A stretch of 64,000 nt of DNA from Thelocarpon superellum (taxonomy: Eukaryota): NCBI GenBank assembly GCA_026025795.1, contig JAPEUG010000009.1:1-64000 (forward strand), written 5' to 3'. Every line of letters begins with the position of its first letter. Position 1 is the stretch's first letter. Position numbers and translations under genes: made by a program. The notes beneath the pieces are model-generated. The model had not been told where the DNA came from. It saw nothing but the letters and a program-made list of their open reading frames with translations, and did not search any database. Positions 25,244-38,891 of the stretch are shown here, one piece after another.

Positions 25244-26180
25244 CCTTCGAAATCGCCGGCTGCGAACTGGAGCTATCCAGCGCTTCTCGGCCAGGGTTCG
25301 CATGGTGACCGAATGAAAGGAAAATGCATTCCTACGGCATACGCGTGCTGGAGCGGTCACGGACATATATGACCGACCTCCCTCGCCCAACCTGGGTCCT
25401 CACCTAGCTCACCTCAGAATATCCGATTAATGGTGTCGTTGCAGGGGAGAGTGTAGTGTACGAGGGGTCATAGCTATGCATCGACGGCGCGGAAGTGGGA
25501 AAATCTCATTTGGTCACAGTGATTTATTGCTGACCTAGGGACGGAAACATTGCGCTGACTAGTCATTGGGAACGAAACATCACTCTTGGTTGCATTGTCT
25601 TCCACTATTCCGACGCGAGGCCTCAGGCACAGTTCATAGCTCTCTGTATCAATACAATATGCCGTACGACCTAGTCAAGAGGCGGGAACGTGACCATCTT
25701 GCTACGATGTTTCCTAGATTTAGGATACTCCGAGGCGAGCGTCACGTGGATCTGCACCGTTCTGCCCTACGAGCAGCAATCTGATTCTGTACCCAACGCA
25801 AGTAGTGAGGAGGCTTCTGAGACGACAGCACTGCGGTGCCTCGCGAACAGGAAGCTGAAGCATTGCAGCTTACGCATTGCGGCTCAGGCATTGGTTGTGA
25901 CGAAAATTGGCTCGTTCTATTCTCGTCTGGCCCTCAAGGTTTTATTCCGCGACAATTCAAAACATCGTCGATGGTGTGGAGCGCCCCGAATACCGGGACG
26001 CGGGTTATGTAACAAGGAGCAGGTAACAGGCAATACGTAACAGGCAACAACGGTCCCTTCCATGGCCGAGTATCACAAGCCGGACTCTTTTTGAAGCACA
26101 ACGTGACTGCAGAAAAGATCCTTTGAGCCTTGCGTTCCCAACGGCCCCGACGGCCCCGCCGCATGTGTCTCAGGGATAGA

Positions 26181-27002
26181 ATGTCTCACGATGAAGTCCT
26201 CCAGCCAGCCAGGCTCAGCCGACGTGCTCCACCGAGGGCGCGTCCAGGGTCAACGCCCCCCAAACCTGACCTCCCCGTCATAGGCAATTTCGCCAGCGGA
26301 GACTTCACCATCGGAGCGGGCGTGGCCATCTTCCATGTTGCGTCCGCCCGCGTGGTGCTGTGTTGGCACAGCCGAGATGACTATTGGTTTCTTCCCAAGG
26401 GCCGACGTGACGTCTTCGAGGACTCCACCGTTGCGGCTGAGCGTGAGGGCTTTGAGGAGGTCGGTCGTTTCTGACTGAATCTGCCCGTCGGTGATTGCGC
26501 TGAGACGGACGTGAAGTCTGGCTATCGCAACAGACTCCTTCCGATTCCCATGAGAACTCGGCAGCCTCATCCACCTGGCCAGGCTCGCCCGGCGTTTGTG
26601 ACGGAACCCATCTGGATCCAGTTGATGCCAGTCACTCCAACGACCCAGTATCTGCTACACTGGTATATTGCAGAGACGCTTCCACCGGACGTCGAGGACT
26701 CGCTGAATGCCGCCACCGGCGTCCTGTCAGCCAGCGATCCCCGCCCGTCTTACCAACGTCCACCCACCTATCCTCCCGCTCTCACCCTGGCGGAGCGATG
26801 CAAGCTTGAGCCGGCAGGCTACAACCCGGTTCGTCATGAGAATACGGGCGTTGATGCCGAGGAAGCACTCTACCGATCCTTCCTGGTCCCGGTAGAGGAG
26901 GCCTTGAAAGATCTCCAGGGGAGCATACAGGGAGAGGTCGTCCGAGCCGGGTGGCAGGCAATCAACAGTCGGCGCGCCCAAGAGGCGGGCGAGACGGAGT
27001 GA
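26181..27002 (+). CDS. NUDIX hydrolase, 2 exons
   Basis: Nudix box KG-RRDVF-E-DSTVAAE-RE-GF-EE-SG completed across intron 26460-26516; alternative ATG at 26163. Confidence 0.85.
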
Positions 27003-27341
27003 GCTGACCATCGCGGAGGCTTCGACAGGAGAGGGCCACTTTTGGCATCGTCTCTGTGGCGATGTTGGGAGACTGCTGGTCCGGATGGCGTAGATGTTCA
27101 ATCCCGTGTTGCCTCCTCAGACATTAAATTCAGAACTTACCTTGCTTTGCAATGAAAGTAGCAAGCTAAACTCGTTTGCGAGATACTGATGCCCCCCCAT
27201 GTTCCATTGCCGGGGACAGCATGGTGCAATGGTCAACCATCGCGTCCACATACGGTTTCTTATAGGATTATGGCACTCATAATGTGAACGTCAGAAAGGT
27301 GCTTGTTCGGAGGTACAGATACATTGATGTTCAACTTCGAT

Positions 27342-28051
27342 CTAATCGATACGTCCTGCCAGAGTCAAGCCGTAAGCCATGGTTGCGAAGAGGCCAACCA
27401 GGTTGGACATCGCGGATGCGCCATGCCATCGTCCAAATGCCTTGTTGAGTCGCGTCATCTCCTTGGAGTGCGGGGGAGCGTCGTTACACTTCTTGCCGTC
27501 GAGCGTTTCTTTCCTCTCGGTCAGTGTGGGTCGGCTATGATGCGGGGGAAGGGTACCCTGATGCTTTCTCTCATGCATGGTCTTCGTCGTAAGTGGTCCC
27601 AGCCACAGCAAGTTGGCAAGGCCGGTGCCAAAGGCAGTGAGTAATGGCGCCAGGACGCTGAGCCGGTTGGCCTCCGCAAAGAACCCCCGTAAACTCGAAG
27701 CACTTCTGCCACCCAGGGCATTTCTGTCTCCAGGGTAGGTCAAGGCTATGATCGCCGGCAGCGCGGTCTGGAGCGCAAAGTAGACCGGGAAGGTTGCTTG
27801 CTGAAGGGCGGAGAATTGCGGTCGTGGCAGGGTTTTGTAGCCAATGACCCCGGCGAAGAAGCTCTATGATCTCCGTCAGCTGTCTGTTCCTGGAGCCAGA
27901 CGGCCAACGGGAATTCGTACCTGGTAGACCGTGCTGCCGAGTAGCGTGCCATAGCTGAGAGCAGATGAGCGAATGCTTGCGAGGCGACGGACCCTCCTCA
28001 CCTAAGTATATGATACGGCACAGGGCTGATGAGAAGTGAGAGATCGGACAT
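27342..28051 (-). CDS. TMEM205-like (DUF4149) membrane protein, 4 exons
   Basis: PYHILSYGTLLG, LPRPQFS.LQ...FPVYF, ERKHQET.DGKK and LNKAFG..HG.S motifs; three introns, including in-frame 27509-27556. Confidence 0.85.
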
Positions 28052-28351
28052 CCTGAAGTGAAGATAGGCCAATGTCGTCGGACGTAGATTGAGGAGGTGG
28101 TGAGTTCCAAATGCTGGTCGGCGGGTACAAGTACATCATGACGTCGAAGTGGCACTTGGCGTGGTCGACGGTACCTCGTACATGCCGCACCACGTGATTG
28201 CGTGTCAATCGCGCGTATGTCCGCTCGACCTCTCTGAAGAGCGACACACTTTGATCCCGAATGGCGCAGACAGACATACCTATGTCACTTCATGGTGTGC
28301 CGACGATGATCGATCGATGAGACGATTCAGCGTCAGCGCCCAAGTCTCACG

Positions 28352-31075
28352 ATGGCAGAGAAGGAAGCCACCGTCTTCATTGTGGACGTGGGCTCGTCCA
28401 TGAGCAAGCTCCGTCATGGCCGCCATGAGTCTGATCTCGACTGGGCGATGCGCTATGTATGGGACAGAATCACAAGCATAGTGGGTCTATGCGTCTAGAC
28501 GTTGAGGTAAAAGCTTACTGACCTCGTAGGTGGCTACGGGGCGTAAGACTGCTACCGTAGGAGTCCTTGGTCTTCGCACAGATGGTACGGATGCTCTCGC
28601 CATGACCCAACTCCGATGTATGTCAGGGACTGACCGGTCCAAGGCACGTCAAATGAACTGGGAGCGGAAGAGAGCTTTGAAAATATCTCGGTCTTACAGC
28701 CGATCAGTCAGTAAGCTATCCGATCCAGGGACTGGAATTCTGGCCAATGCTGACCTCTGCATCAGAATCCTCATGCCCAACCTAAGGGATCTCCGAGACA
28801 GAATCAAGCCCAGTCGGACAGATGACGGCGATGGTACTAGTCTTATTCTCATCGTCTCCGTTCCGACTGACCTACTTGATCAGCGATTTCCGCCCTGATC
28901 ATTGCAATCCAGATGATCACGACGTACTGCAGGAAGCTGAAATATCAGCGCCGGATCGTTCTCATCACCAACGGAGAATGCATAATGGAAGCAAATGACC
29001 TGGCCGCGATCATCGAGAAGATCAAAGAGGACGGAATCGAGTTGACCATTCTGTAAGCTGAAAAACATCCCCCTTGCCTTCCAAGAGGATTCTTCTGATC
29101 ACGAGAAAAGCGGGCCGGATTTTGACGACCCCAGATTTGGGATGAAAGAGGAAGACAAATCTCCAACAAAGGTCAGTTCCGGCGCTGTCGTCATGTTCCT
29201 CGGCAGACCTAATCAAATGGCCCAGGCAGAGAATGAGGCAATCTTTCAGCAGCTTGCAGAGGACTGCGACGGCATCATGGGCACCTTGGCCCAGGCAATA
29301 TCCGAGCTCGAGCTGCCGCGCACCAAACCTGTCCGTCCCGTTCCGTCCTTCCGAGGTCAACTCACGCTTGGCAACCCGGCCCTGTATGACTCAGCCATGT
29401 GCATCGATGTAGAGAGATACCCCCGGACCAAGACCGCAGCAGCTCCCAGCGCCAGTCAGTTTGTGGTGCGGATGGATTCCGGAGGTGACGCGGCAAGTGA
29501 ACAGTCGTCAATGACCCTCGACGCTGCCAGCCCTACATTGCCGCTTGAGGCCCTCTCTTCTGGTGGCGGCAAACTTGCCTCGGTCAAGAACACGCGGACA
29601 TACCTGGTAGAGGACGAGACGGCTTCTGGAGGAAAACGGGAAGTGCCTCGAGATGATTTGGCCAAAGGGTATGAGTACGGGCGGACGGCCGTGCATATCA
29701 GCGAATCCGACGAGAATGTCACGAAGTTGGAGACACATGCGGGTTTGGAACTGCTCGGCTTCGTCCCCCAAGAAAAGGTGTGTCGTCCGAGAGGTCTGTG
29801 AAAGCCTCAGAATGCTGAGTGTGAACACAGTACGATCGTTATATGAACCTCTCTGTCTCGTCGATCATTGTCGCGCCAAAAACGAACGGAAAAGCCAGCA
29901 TGGCGCTGTCATCTTTGGTTCATGCCCTGTACGAGCTCGAGTCTTACGCCATTGCTAAGCTAGTGACGAAAGCCGACGTTGCTCCGATCTTATTACTCCT
30001 TGCACCATCTATCGAGCCCGACTATGAATGTCTCCTCGACGTCCAGCTCCCATTTGCTGAAGATGTTCGGGCGTATCGATTTCCGCCTCTGGATCGAGTG
30101 GTGACAGTCTCGGGGAAAGTCCTCTCCGAACATCGAAATCTCCCAACGGACCGGCTGAAGAAGGCCATGAGCGACTTTGTGGATCGGATGGATCTGATGA
30201 CGTTCGGAAGGGGAGACGATGAGTATGGGAGACCCCCTGAGTTACATGGGGCCTATTAACGAATCGCAGACAGCCCGTCGAATACGTAGCGATGCAAGAC
30301 ACCTTCTCTCCCGTCTTGCATCGCATCGACCAAGCTGTGCGTTGGCGAGCTATCCACCAGGCGACAACGGTGCCACCTCCGACCGAAATCCTCACAAGAT
30401 ATTCCAAACCTCCACCAGAGCTCGTAGAGCGCAACCAGATTCAATTAGATGAGCTTCGAGCCGCGGCAGATGTCAAAAAGGGTGCGGTCTTGGCACTTCC
30501 CTACCGAGACCTGAGCTGACTTTCACAGTTCCTCCGAAAGTCAAGGGGCGGAAGCGAAATCGAGAACAGACAAAACCTCTGTCGGGTCTCAACGTGGAAG
30601 AGCTGCTTGGACGACAGAAACGAACGAAGATCTCGGCAGAGAACGCCATTCCAGAATTCAAACAGATGCTTACCACGTCGGAAGACCCCAACGCCATCAG
30701 CGATGCATCGAAGCAGATGGCAGATATCGTGCGATCACAAATCCAGCACAGCCTCGGCGACCACGCCTACGGCCGAGTCATCGAGGAGCTTCATGTCATG
30801 CGAGAGGAGTTGATCGCCATGGAAGAGCCCGAGACGTACAATGACTTCATGAAAGATCTCAAATGGAAGCTACTAGCCGGCGATCTAGGTGGAGATCGAC
30901 GGGAGCTGTGGTGGGAGATCCGAAAGGGCCGCTTGGGTCTGATCGACCACGGTCTATCAGATCTATCCGACGTCACAGAAGAAGAGGCCAATCGCGTGAG
31001 TCCCACAGCCCTTCCGTTCATGAGGCAGTCGATCGTCTGACATCGACATAGTTTCTCTCTACGAAAGAGCCCTGA
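28352..31075 (+). CDS. KU80: Ku80 NHEJ DNA end-binding subunit, 11 exons
   Basis: [14 protein letters not shown] vWA start, [47 protein letters not shown] and C-terminal [12 protein letters not shown]; 10 inferred introns. Confidence 0.95.
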
Positions 31076-31596
31076 CGTACATTCGTAGCCCAGCACACTT
31101 TGAGCGGAATTAGAACGATCCTCAATGAGCAGCCACAAGCTCCAAATGCAGCCATTGCGAGGACGCGAAAAGACGATTCGACCAAAGAGCAGGTGTGTCT
31201 CATCAACACGCGTCTTCTTTCAGAGCATGTCTCAAGATTTCGGCCATGGCGGGGGCAGCAACAGGGCGGTCCTAAAAAGGTTTCCTTTTCTAGCTCCGCG
31301 GTCTCGTCACTCTTCTCCTCCTTACCGCCTGAAACCTGCCTCCAGTCGCAACGTCTCACGGTTGGGGGGCCTCACATGCTATCGCCCAGTTGAACGAAGA
31401 GATGGTGCCGTGCGAACCGATAGAACAAGCCAAGCCGGGCCTCGCGATAGTTGCTGCATTTGCCAGACGCTTGATGTATGCAGAGTGAATTTCTCAAAGA
31501 GCGGAGTGCGACAGAGTAGACCAACGCCAATAATATGCAATGTTCCCAGACGCCCCACGCTTGCAGTAGGACGGGAAGACGATCAATGACAAGAAA

Positions 31597-32051
31597 TCAA
31601 ATCTTCTCCAAAAATTCCTTGGCTTCGTTGACCTTGGTAGCCAGATACGGACTTCCCCCTCGGTCCGGGTGGTTCAACAACATGAGCTGCCGATGCTTCT
31701 TTCGTATTCGATCCTTCGTGAGGTTCCGCTCGCTACAAACGGGTGTCAGGCCCCCGTCCTTTATTAATTCGCAACATGTTTGACCAATGTGTTGACAGGT
31801 GATGGTACGTACTTCAATTGCAAGATCAGAGCCGCCTCTCTCCTATTCATCCGCGGCTCGAATCCGCCCTTGTAATACGCCCTCCCCAACGCGCCAACCG
31901 CGCCTGCATGTCCTCGGGAGCGTTGGAGAGCAACGTATCCTGCTCGGCCCTAGGAACAAATGCGTGAGCGAGCTTCTGGGATGCGATGGGAGTGTCGTAC
32001 AAGGAACGCTGCAGTGACAAGTCCCAAGCCCACTATGAGGGTGGAAGCCAT
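31597..32051 (-). CDS. PAM18: Mitochondrial import motor J-protein Pam18/Tim14, 3 exons
   Basis: Manual splicing: [21 protein letters not shown]...[19 protein letters not shown].../...[29 protein letters not shown]. Missed by the ORF track. Confidence 0.95.
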
Positions 32052-32440
32052 CGCTTTCCAATCAGTGGTGGTTTAGGTGATCGTTGAACCGTGCGGAGAC
32101 TACTGCTCTGAAACAGCAGGCTCTAGAGTGAAAGGAAGCCCGGAACTCAAGTTTGCCAGAGTGGTCACCTTCACGATTTTCGTGAGGAACTTTTCCAGAC
32201 GCCTCGTCCGTGGATATATGACATATATAAGCGGCTTTCACGTGATACTCATCCACGGGCCAATAAGAAGGACAATCCCCGGGTGGAGTTGGATGGTTAC
32301 GTAATCTCAGATCAAATCTTGGGCATTTCGTACCGGTCGGTTATTCTTGTCGTCAAAAGTTCTCCCACTTTTCAACCTTGCACATTTGCGAGACGTCTCA
32401 CTCCAATATCGCTGAGGAGCTGCCGAAAGGGCTGTTGATC

Positions 32441-33213
32441 ATGCGGTAGGTCACTGTTGCATCGACGATATGATCCTCAAAGCCTGACGTTCGTTCTAGG
32501 ATCGAAACGTGCTATTTCTGTTCACAGCCGTGCTACCCTTCGAAAGGTTTGGCTCGTCTCCTGGCTGCCTTGCTGCTCTCATTTACACCTCTACAGGAAT
32601 CACATTCGTCCGTAACGATGCGCGCGTTTTCAAGTTCTGTCGGAGCAAGTGCCACAAGAATGTAAGTCCATGTCTGCCTCACGATAAGATATCTGGCTCA
32701 TTTGTCCCACAGTTCAAGATGAAGCGAAATCCTCGCAAGGTATGTCATGATGGCCATGGTTCCTCGATGCAAAGCATACATCTACTGACGCCGAGACACC
32801 AGCTCAAATGGACCAAAGCCTTCCGAAAGTCTGCTGGGAAAGAGATGGTGGTTGACTCGACGCTCACCTTCGCTGCTCGACGCAACATCCCCACCCGCTA
32901 CAACCGCGATCTGGTCGCGACAACGCTCAAAGCCATGCAACGAGTCTCGGAGATCCGCGCTCGCCGGGAGCGAGTTTTCTACAAGAACCGAATGGCTGGG
33001 AATAAGGAGAGGCAGAAGGCGGCGAATCGGAAGTTGGTGGCCGAGAACGAACATCTTTTGCCCAAGGCCCGGGTCACGGAGCCAATGGATGCCGAGATTC
33101 TCGAGAACGTGGAGGAGACTGTGATAATCGAAACGCCTGGACAGAGAGCAAAGGCAGCATCCAAACGACGATTATTGGTGGGCGGTGGCGTGGAGCAGAT
33201 GGATGTGGACTAG
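32441..33213 (+). CDS. RLP24: Ribosome biogenesis protein Rlp24 (L24e family), 5 exons
   Basis: Spliced [25 protein letters not shown]...[38 protein letters not shown]. Confidence 0.95.
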
Positions 33214-33622
33214 GTCCGATCCTCTTGAGACAGGCCCATTCTCTCATAGCATTTGCATCGGCCCGGCGTTTTTAAAAGACGTTGACGAAGTTGTTGATGA
33301 CCATGGAGCAGATGACTACTCTTATGCTACGTGAATAGATCCACGCTCCCCCAAGAACCGTAACGTACTTTGAATCGAAATTGCTGCAAGGGACTGTTGT
33401 TTCCCGTACATACGAGTAATATTATAATCGATTAAAGATGTGGTAATATCTACACGTGACTTGCCGCAAAGGAGGCGAGTGAAGGTTGCTCAGCACGAAT
33501 CTTCAACCTGCATGTCACCGGATATTTTGCACAACACTGGCGAGCTGTACCTCTCCACGTTGTCTAGATACAGGCCCACGTCTCTTTCTTATACCACGTT
33601 GCCAAGAGAGACTGAGACGCCA

Positions 33623-34176
33623 ATGTTATCGGCAGGAGCCTTCTTGGTCGGCCGTAGCGGGGCTGGCATTTGGGACGGGAAGGGAACTACGAAGGGAGAG
33701 GAAATCCAATTGACAGATGTACGGCCCTCTCACCAGACTCCCTGAGCTGAAAGTGGGCGCTGACCGATTGTGTTGAGAATGACGGGGCCCAGAAGTCGGC
33801 CAATCCGGCCCAGGCCGAGGAAACACCATCCCAGTCCCGGACAAGCACAGGCGCTCCTGTGCCAGAGATTGATAACCCAGACAAGTCCACGGTCCCATCC
33901 AAGAAGCCAATCAGCGACGAGGCGAAGCCCAAGTCGAACAGCAAGCAAACGGTTGTGCGTACGGGTCTAGCCTACAAGATTGGATACGCGCAGATGACCT
34001 CAACCGGGCGAGGGGGCGCCGGCAATATCTACGAGGCCAGCCTGATCCGGGAAAGGAAGCGGATTGAGGACGAGAAGATTGCCAAGGAGAAGCAACAGAG
34101 AGCACAGGAGGAGGCCTTGCGCGATGTGGAAGAGGGCGTTCCAGCGCCGAAGAGAGCTTTCATACCGTCTAGGTGA
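33623..34176 (+). CDS. Small protein with STGRGGAGNI motif (DUF3602-like), 2 exons
   Basis: TSTGRGGAGNIY plus a degenerate N-terminal GRSGAG copy; intron from 33719 to 33777 (GAG) or 33792 (CAG). Confidence 0.65.
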
Positions 34177-36765
34177 ATCCGCGTCACGAACAGAGAAGCG
34201 CAGGGCACGACGAATCTAGCTGCAACGGCTGGAAGGTATAGTGCCAAGCTGTTTGAATGATTACGTGTATCATGAGACGGCTGCCGGCCGTTTTGGTGGA
34301 GTTAATGAATCTTCAGCTGTTCACCATGGGACATGATGTGTCTAGCCAATCCCAGAGAGCCTGCACGCTATCGCGTCTCGGTAGGAGGGTTTAATTGGTA
34401 AACTGAACAGGTCTTCTACCTCGCACATTTTATTGCGTCTCCACTTCTCTTGCCTCGCGCCCAAGTCTTTCTAAATGTAGCGCATGGTCAGCAGTGCGTA
34501 CAAGCATGGTGCCAGCACAGACACTCCGCGACGCCGTTCACCCCATGCAACCCAAGATCGACGGGTGCCTCGACGCGGGCAGGTGGGGGGCCAAGGAGAG
34601 GCTTGCATTAGCAGCCTTCACAAGCTCGACGCTCGCTCGTTGAATTTGGGCCACCTAACTACGGAATACCGCAATCCACGGTACAGTTGGAGGGCTGATA
34701 CATGCCGGAAACGATGCCGTCAGCCTACATTGATCACAGTTGCCTCCAGCCCAGCAGTCCCAATGCACGGAGAGAGATAGTTACCTGTTTCTCCAGTGTG
34801 AGCTCCATGTGCATGCCGTGATTCGGCAATCTTAGCAGGTGTGGACTCGGCTGCGGGTAGCAGCGCTGATCTCTTCCCGGACGCGACCCATCCCTGGAGC
34901 TGACCAAAGCGCCTTCCTGTCCGCGACCAATCGCCGCGCACCGTCCCCACGCAACTCCCTCGGACGAAATAATCCGGCCGCGGATGGAGTCGCTGAGGTC
35001 GCCGGCGGCGGTGGCGACGGCTCATGGCCGAGCCTGGGCAGGTGACGGCCACCGCTTAGCAGAGCTGCCCGGCCTTTTCTCGCCATGATCACACCACACG
35101 CCAACCATACGCCAGACGGACTCGACCTGTGACCGTGGGTGGGCGGCGGAGCCGGCAAGATTCATGACGAAACTATCTCTATCAAGAGCGTTGACAAGGG
35201 TTGGAGAGGGCAAGGACCTTGTCCCTGTAGTGAGCGGATGCAGCCACCAAGCCCCTAGGCGGAAGCGACACCGCGGCGCATACAAACTTGTCAGCGCAGG
35301 TTCGAACTCGCTCCGCAGCCGATTATGCCTACCGGTCGGTCGCTCAGGCCCCCGTACTTTTGGTACAACTCTCGTGTCGAGTCGGTCGACTACTTCCTGC
35401 CAAGTGCACGTAGCGAGGATGCCGTGCTCGTCTTCCCCGCTGATTCGTGAAAAGTGCCGACGCCGCTTGCGGAGAGGGAGAATGCACGACAGGATGAACG
35501 TGTTGGTCGCGGCGGGCAGACGCAATCGAGCTCATGCTAAAGCAGGTGACGACCAGGGACTGGACGGAGGCGATTGGTCGAGGTGGCATGGTGCCTGCCA
35601 CGAACAGGGTTCCACCTCCCCCATCTTGGGCCATGCTGGGGAGGGGATGTGGGGGGGGGGGGCGGCGGCGCGACGGTCTGGTGTTCTGCGTGTCTGGCGT
35701 CCGGTGCGCAAAGCAGCATTCGCAACGGCAGCAATCATCGCCCGTTTCCCCATCCAGCACCCTCTTCGCTTCGGGCTAGGACGAAGACGGGCAAGCCACG
35801 GACGGGGTCACTGTTCCCGTGAACCTCTCGGTCATCGGACGCATTACGCCGGCGCTGATCGCTCCATTCAGACCCCCGGTCGGACCTTGGCTGGGCCTGC
35901 TGGTCTGCTCCACCTGCTCGCACCACCTGCTTGACCTGCTCAGGCAAGACCTGGCTCGTTCGGCTGCTCGCCGCTCGCTGCTCGACGCTGAGCGACGCGG
36001 GCGTCTGGCTGTGCACCCTCGCTAGTCAGGTCCCAAAATTTCCCACATTATTGTGCTTCGACCGCGCACCCATGACTTTCCTGATTTCTCTCCCGACTCG
36101 CCCTGTTTCCACGGTCGTTGCGTTGCCTGCGACTCTCGTGTTTCATGCGGCCCGGGCAATCAAAAGGTACAGGACAGACCAGATTAGAGGTCGTGCAGAG
36201 CGGTCCGTGGACTCGGTCGTTTATGCAGCCTCCCAGAGCTAGGCAGTTGGTACAGTAGCTGCGGTATCTGCAGCCCGACCAGCCGCCGGCCTACTCGAAA
36301 CTCGACTGTGACAGGACCCCGCCGCGCTTGCCAGGCCTCGCGATCGCCGCCCTGACCCTGCTTGGGGTAATCAACATTGACCGAGTCAACTAATTTTACG
36401 AATCGGCGCCTGTTCTCCGCTCCTCCACCTTGGAGACATTACCCAACCTCTGTTCCCGACGTGCCGGCTGAGCTCCAATTCCTTCCCCGTTATCATCTGG
36501 GCCGACCCACACGTGGAAACCCAGCATTCGTGGCCCAGCTTCCGCGCACACTCGCTCGCTCGGTTTCTTCGTCTCGATTCGCGGACGCTGGCTGCAGACG
36601 ACGACAGTCGAGCAGCCCTCCGTGATCAGGAACCATTTCCGCGAGAGTAAACCTCGAGAATGGCGTCGACAAAGGCATGATCTGCCTGTCGTCACCCCGC
36701 GAGGTCGCCGCTGACTCGAAATTGTGCAGGAGACTCATCGTTCCACGAGCCACCACCGGCTTTCC

Positions 36766-38245
36766 ATGTCATCGACCGCTTCGCCGAACCTGCCCTTGCG
36801 GCAGCCCAGCTCCCGTCATCATGGCCACTCCGTCTCCGTCGGCTCCATCAACCAGTCACACCGCGTCACGCGAAGGAAGAGCCTGTCCTCAACCAATGGA
36901 ACCAACGTCGCGGCGGTCGCGGCGGCCCTTAAAGACGTGCCTTCCGCTCCATTCGCGGTTCCCTCGTCGAATCGAAAGGGCCTGAGTCTGAAGTCCACAG
37001 GAGCCTTCTCCAAAATGAACGAAGCCTCTCCCAATGGAAAGGTCAATCATCTTGGCAACTACCCGTCCCCGCCGAGCAGCTTCTCCAACCACCTCACACC
37101 TGTGGACGGTGCCAAAAACCCCGACAGCGCGATTGTTGATAGCCCAAATCCCTCGACGGCGTCGGAGGTCACAGGCGGAACCAGCACCAAGTCGAGAATT
37201 CGCCGCGCAAGTGAAGGCTCACATTTAATGAAAGGGGAAGGCAAGCGGGTGAGCGGGGGCGATCTTAGATGTGACAAATGTGGGAAGGGATATAAGCACA
37301 GCAGTTGTTTGACGAAGCATCTGTATGTTCTCCCCCGTCCACATGGCTGTTGCGAAGTCATTTCCCCGTCCCGACTCCTTTGGTTCATCCATCGCACCCA
37401 ACTAATCGAGCGTCACACGTATCAGGTGGGAGCACACGCCCGAATGGTCGTACACGTCGAAGCTCCTCATCTCGAAGCATCAACAAGTCCAGCTGCTCGA
37501 GGCGGCGTCGGTCCTAGTTGCCATGAACAATGACCTCGATACCCCTCCTGACTCGGCCAAGGATCTCGGCAGCGATAACTCATCAGCGTCACCGTCGGCC
37601 TCCGGATCGTCGGGCGTACGCGGTGATATGAGTTCAACCGATACGACGCCGCCCCCACAGGCTGAAGAGCCTCTCACGGCTCCGGTTCCTGCGCGGGCGC
37701 CCCGCAACGAACGGTCCAAGCGACACAGCGGCAATAGTAGCTCGTACTCACGGTCGTACCAATCCGCACCTTCGACGTCCGTGTTAGCCAGCAGTGCTCC
37801 TCTCGGCACGGCAGACTTCAGGCATCTCCGGTCGCCCAGTGGCGAAGGACAGCCCGCATCCTCAAGCACCGCTCCTATCACAACCAAGGACGAAGAGGAG
37901 GCCAGCTTGGCCGCTGCCGTCGAGCTCCTCAGCTGCAGCTTCGGCACCCCTCGAAGCGGACCGGTCACTCTCCCACCAGATGTCCCGCCCGTTCCGCCTC
38001 TACCTGCTCGGTTCCTGGGCCACAATAACAGCAATCTTTCCGGAAGCACGGCGACACCTACAGGCCAGCGTTTGACGGGGGAAATGGGGCCCATGTACAG
38101 TCACACCCACCTTCCACGCGATCGTGAAATGAAGATGGACGACAGCGAAGAAAGCGCGGCGGAGGAAGAGTACTACGATCGACGCTCATCGCGCGGCCGA
38201 AGCGACGAGGAGGATGACGGAGTGTTTGGCCGAATGGAAGAATGA
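36766..38245 (+). CDS. Conserved fungal C2H2 zinc-finger protein, 2 exons
   Basis: CDKCGKGYKHSSCLTKHL/WEHTPEW..TSKLLISKHQQVQLLEAASVL across intron 37323-37425; C-terminal DEEDDGVFGRMEE. Confidence 0.85.
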
Positions 38246-38891
38246 TTCATATCTCCCGCGCTCCTGCGCCATTCAACTATGACCTAGGGACTGATCGAGC
38301 GCTCGCGTCATTTCCTTGCTCCGGGTGGTGTGACCCCGTCTCCGCGTTCTGCCGAAACGAACGTGTCGATTCCTTAGCACCGAAGAGTGGATCTTTGACT
38401 CTTATCTTCGCATTGCAACACGGAGAAGAGAGAAAGAGAGATACGAGGTTAAAGTGAGGATTCGATCTTTTTTTCTTAACGCGTTGAGCAAACACCACCA
38501 ACTGGCCTCGTGCCATGTCGATTGCGGGCTTGATTCTTACGCTCGGGACGATTTGCTGTCGCACTGGATGGACCGGATGGATGGAGGGAGTGATGGCCGG
38601 AGGAGGGATGGATGAGTCGGTGGAATCTTGGGCGGAGTGGGGGAATCTGATGTATCTACCGATCTCTTTACCCGCCAACCAATCTCAACGGAGACGGACC
38701 AATCAATATGGCAGGCTACTCGATGATCTTATCCGTTGAGAGTCCAGGCAGGTTGACGTCCAATCTCTACACGTCTAAACAAATGATTCCACCCTTCGCA
38801 CCGTGGACATTAACCCGCCCAAGGAACGGCCCACTTTCCCCAAACGCTCCGCCTAGTCGCCCGACTCACGTCTATGTAATGCCTCCCTTCG

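Noticed and set aside
27130..27240. ACTTACCT plus hairpin and TTCCATTGC, superficially like U1 snRNA
   Set aside because: Loop sequences mismatch, there is no Sm site, and it lies between convergent 3' ends.
35225..35265. GGTTCGAACTC resembling a tRNA T-loop/B-box
   Set aside because: Flanks do not form a T-stem or cloverleaf.
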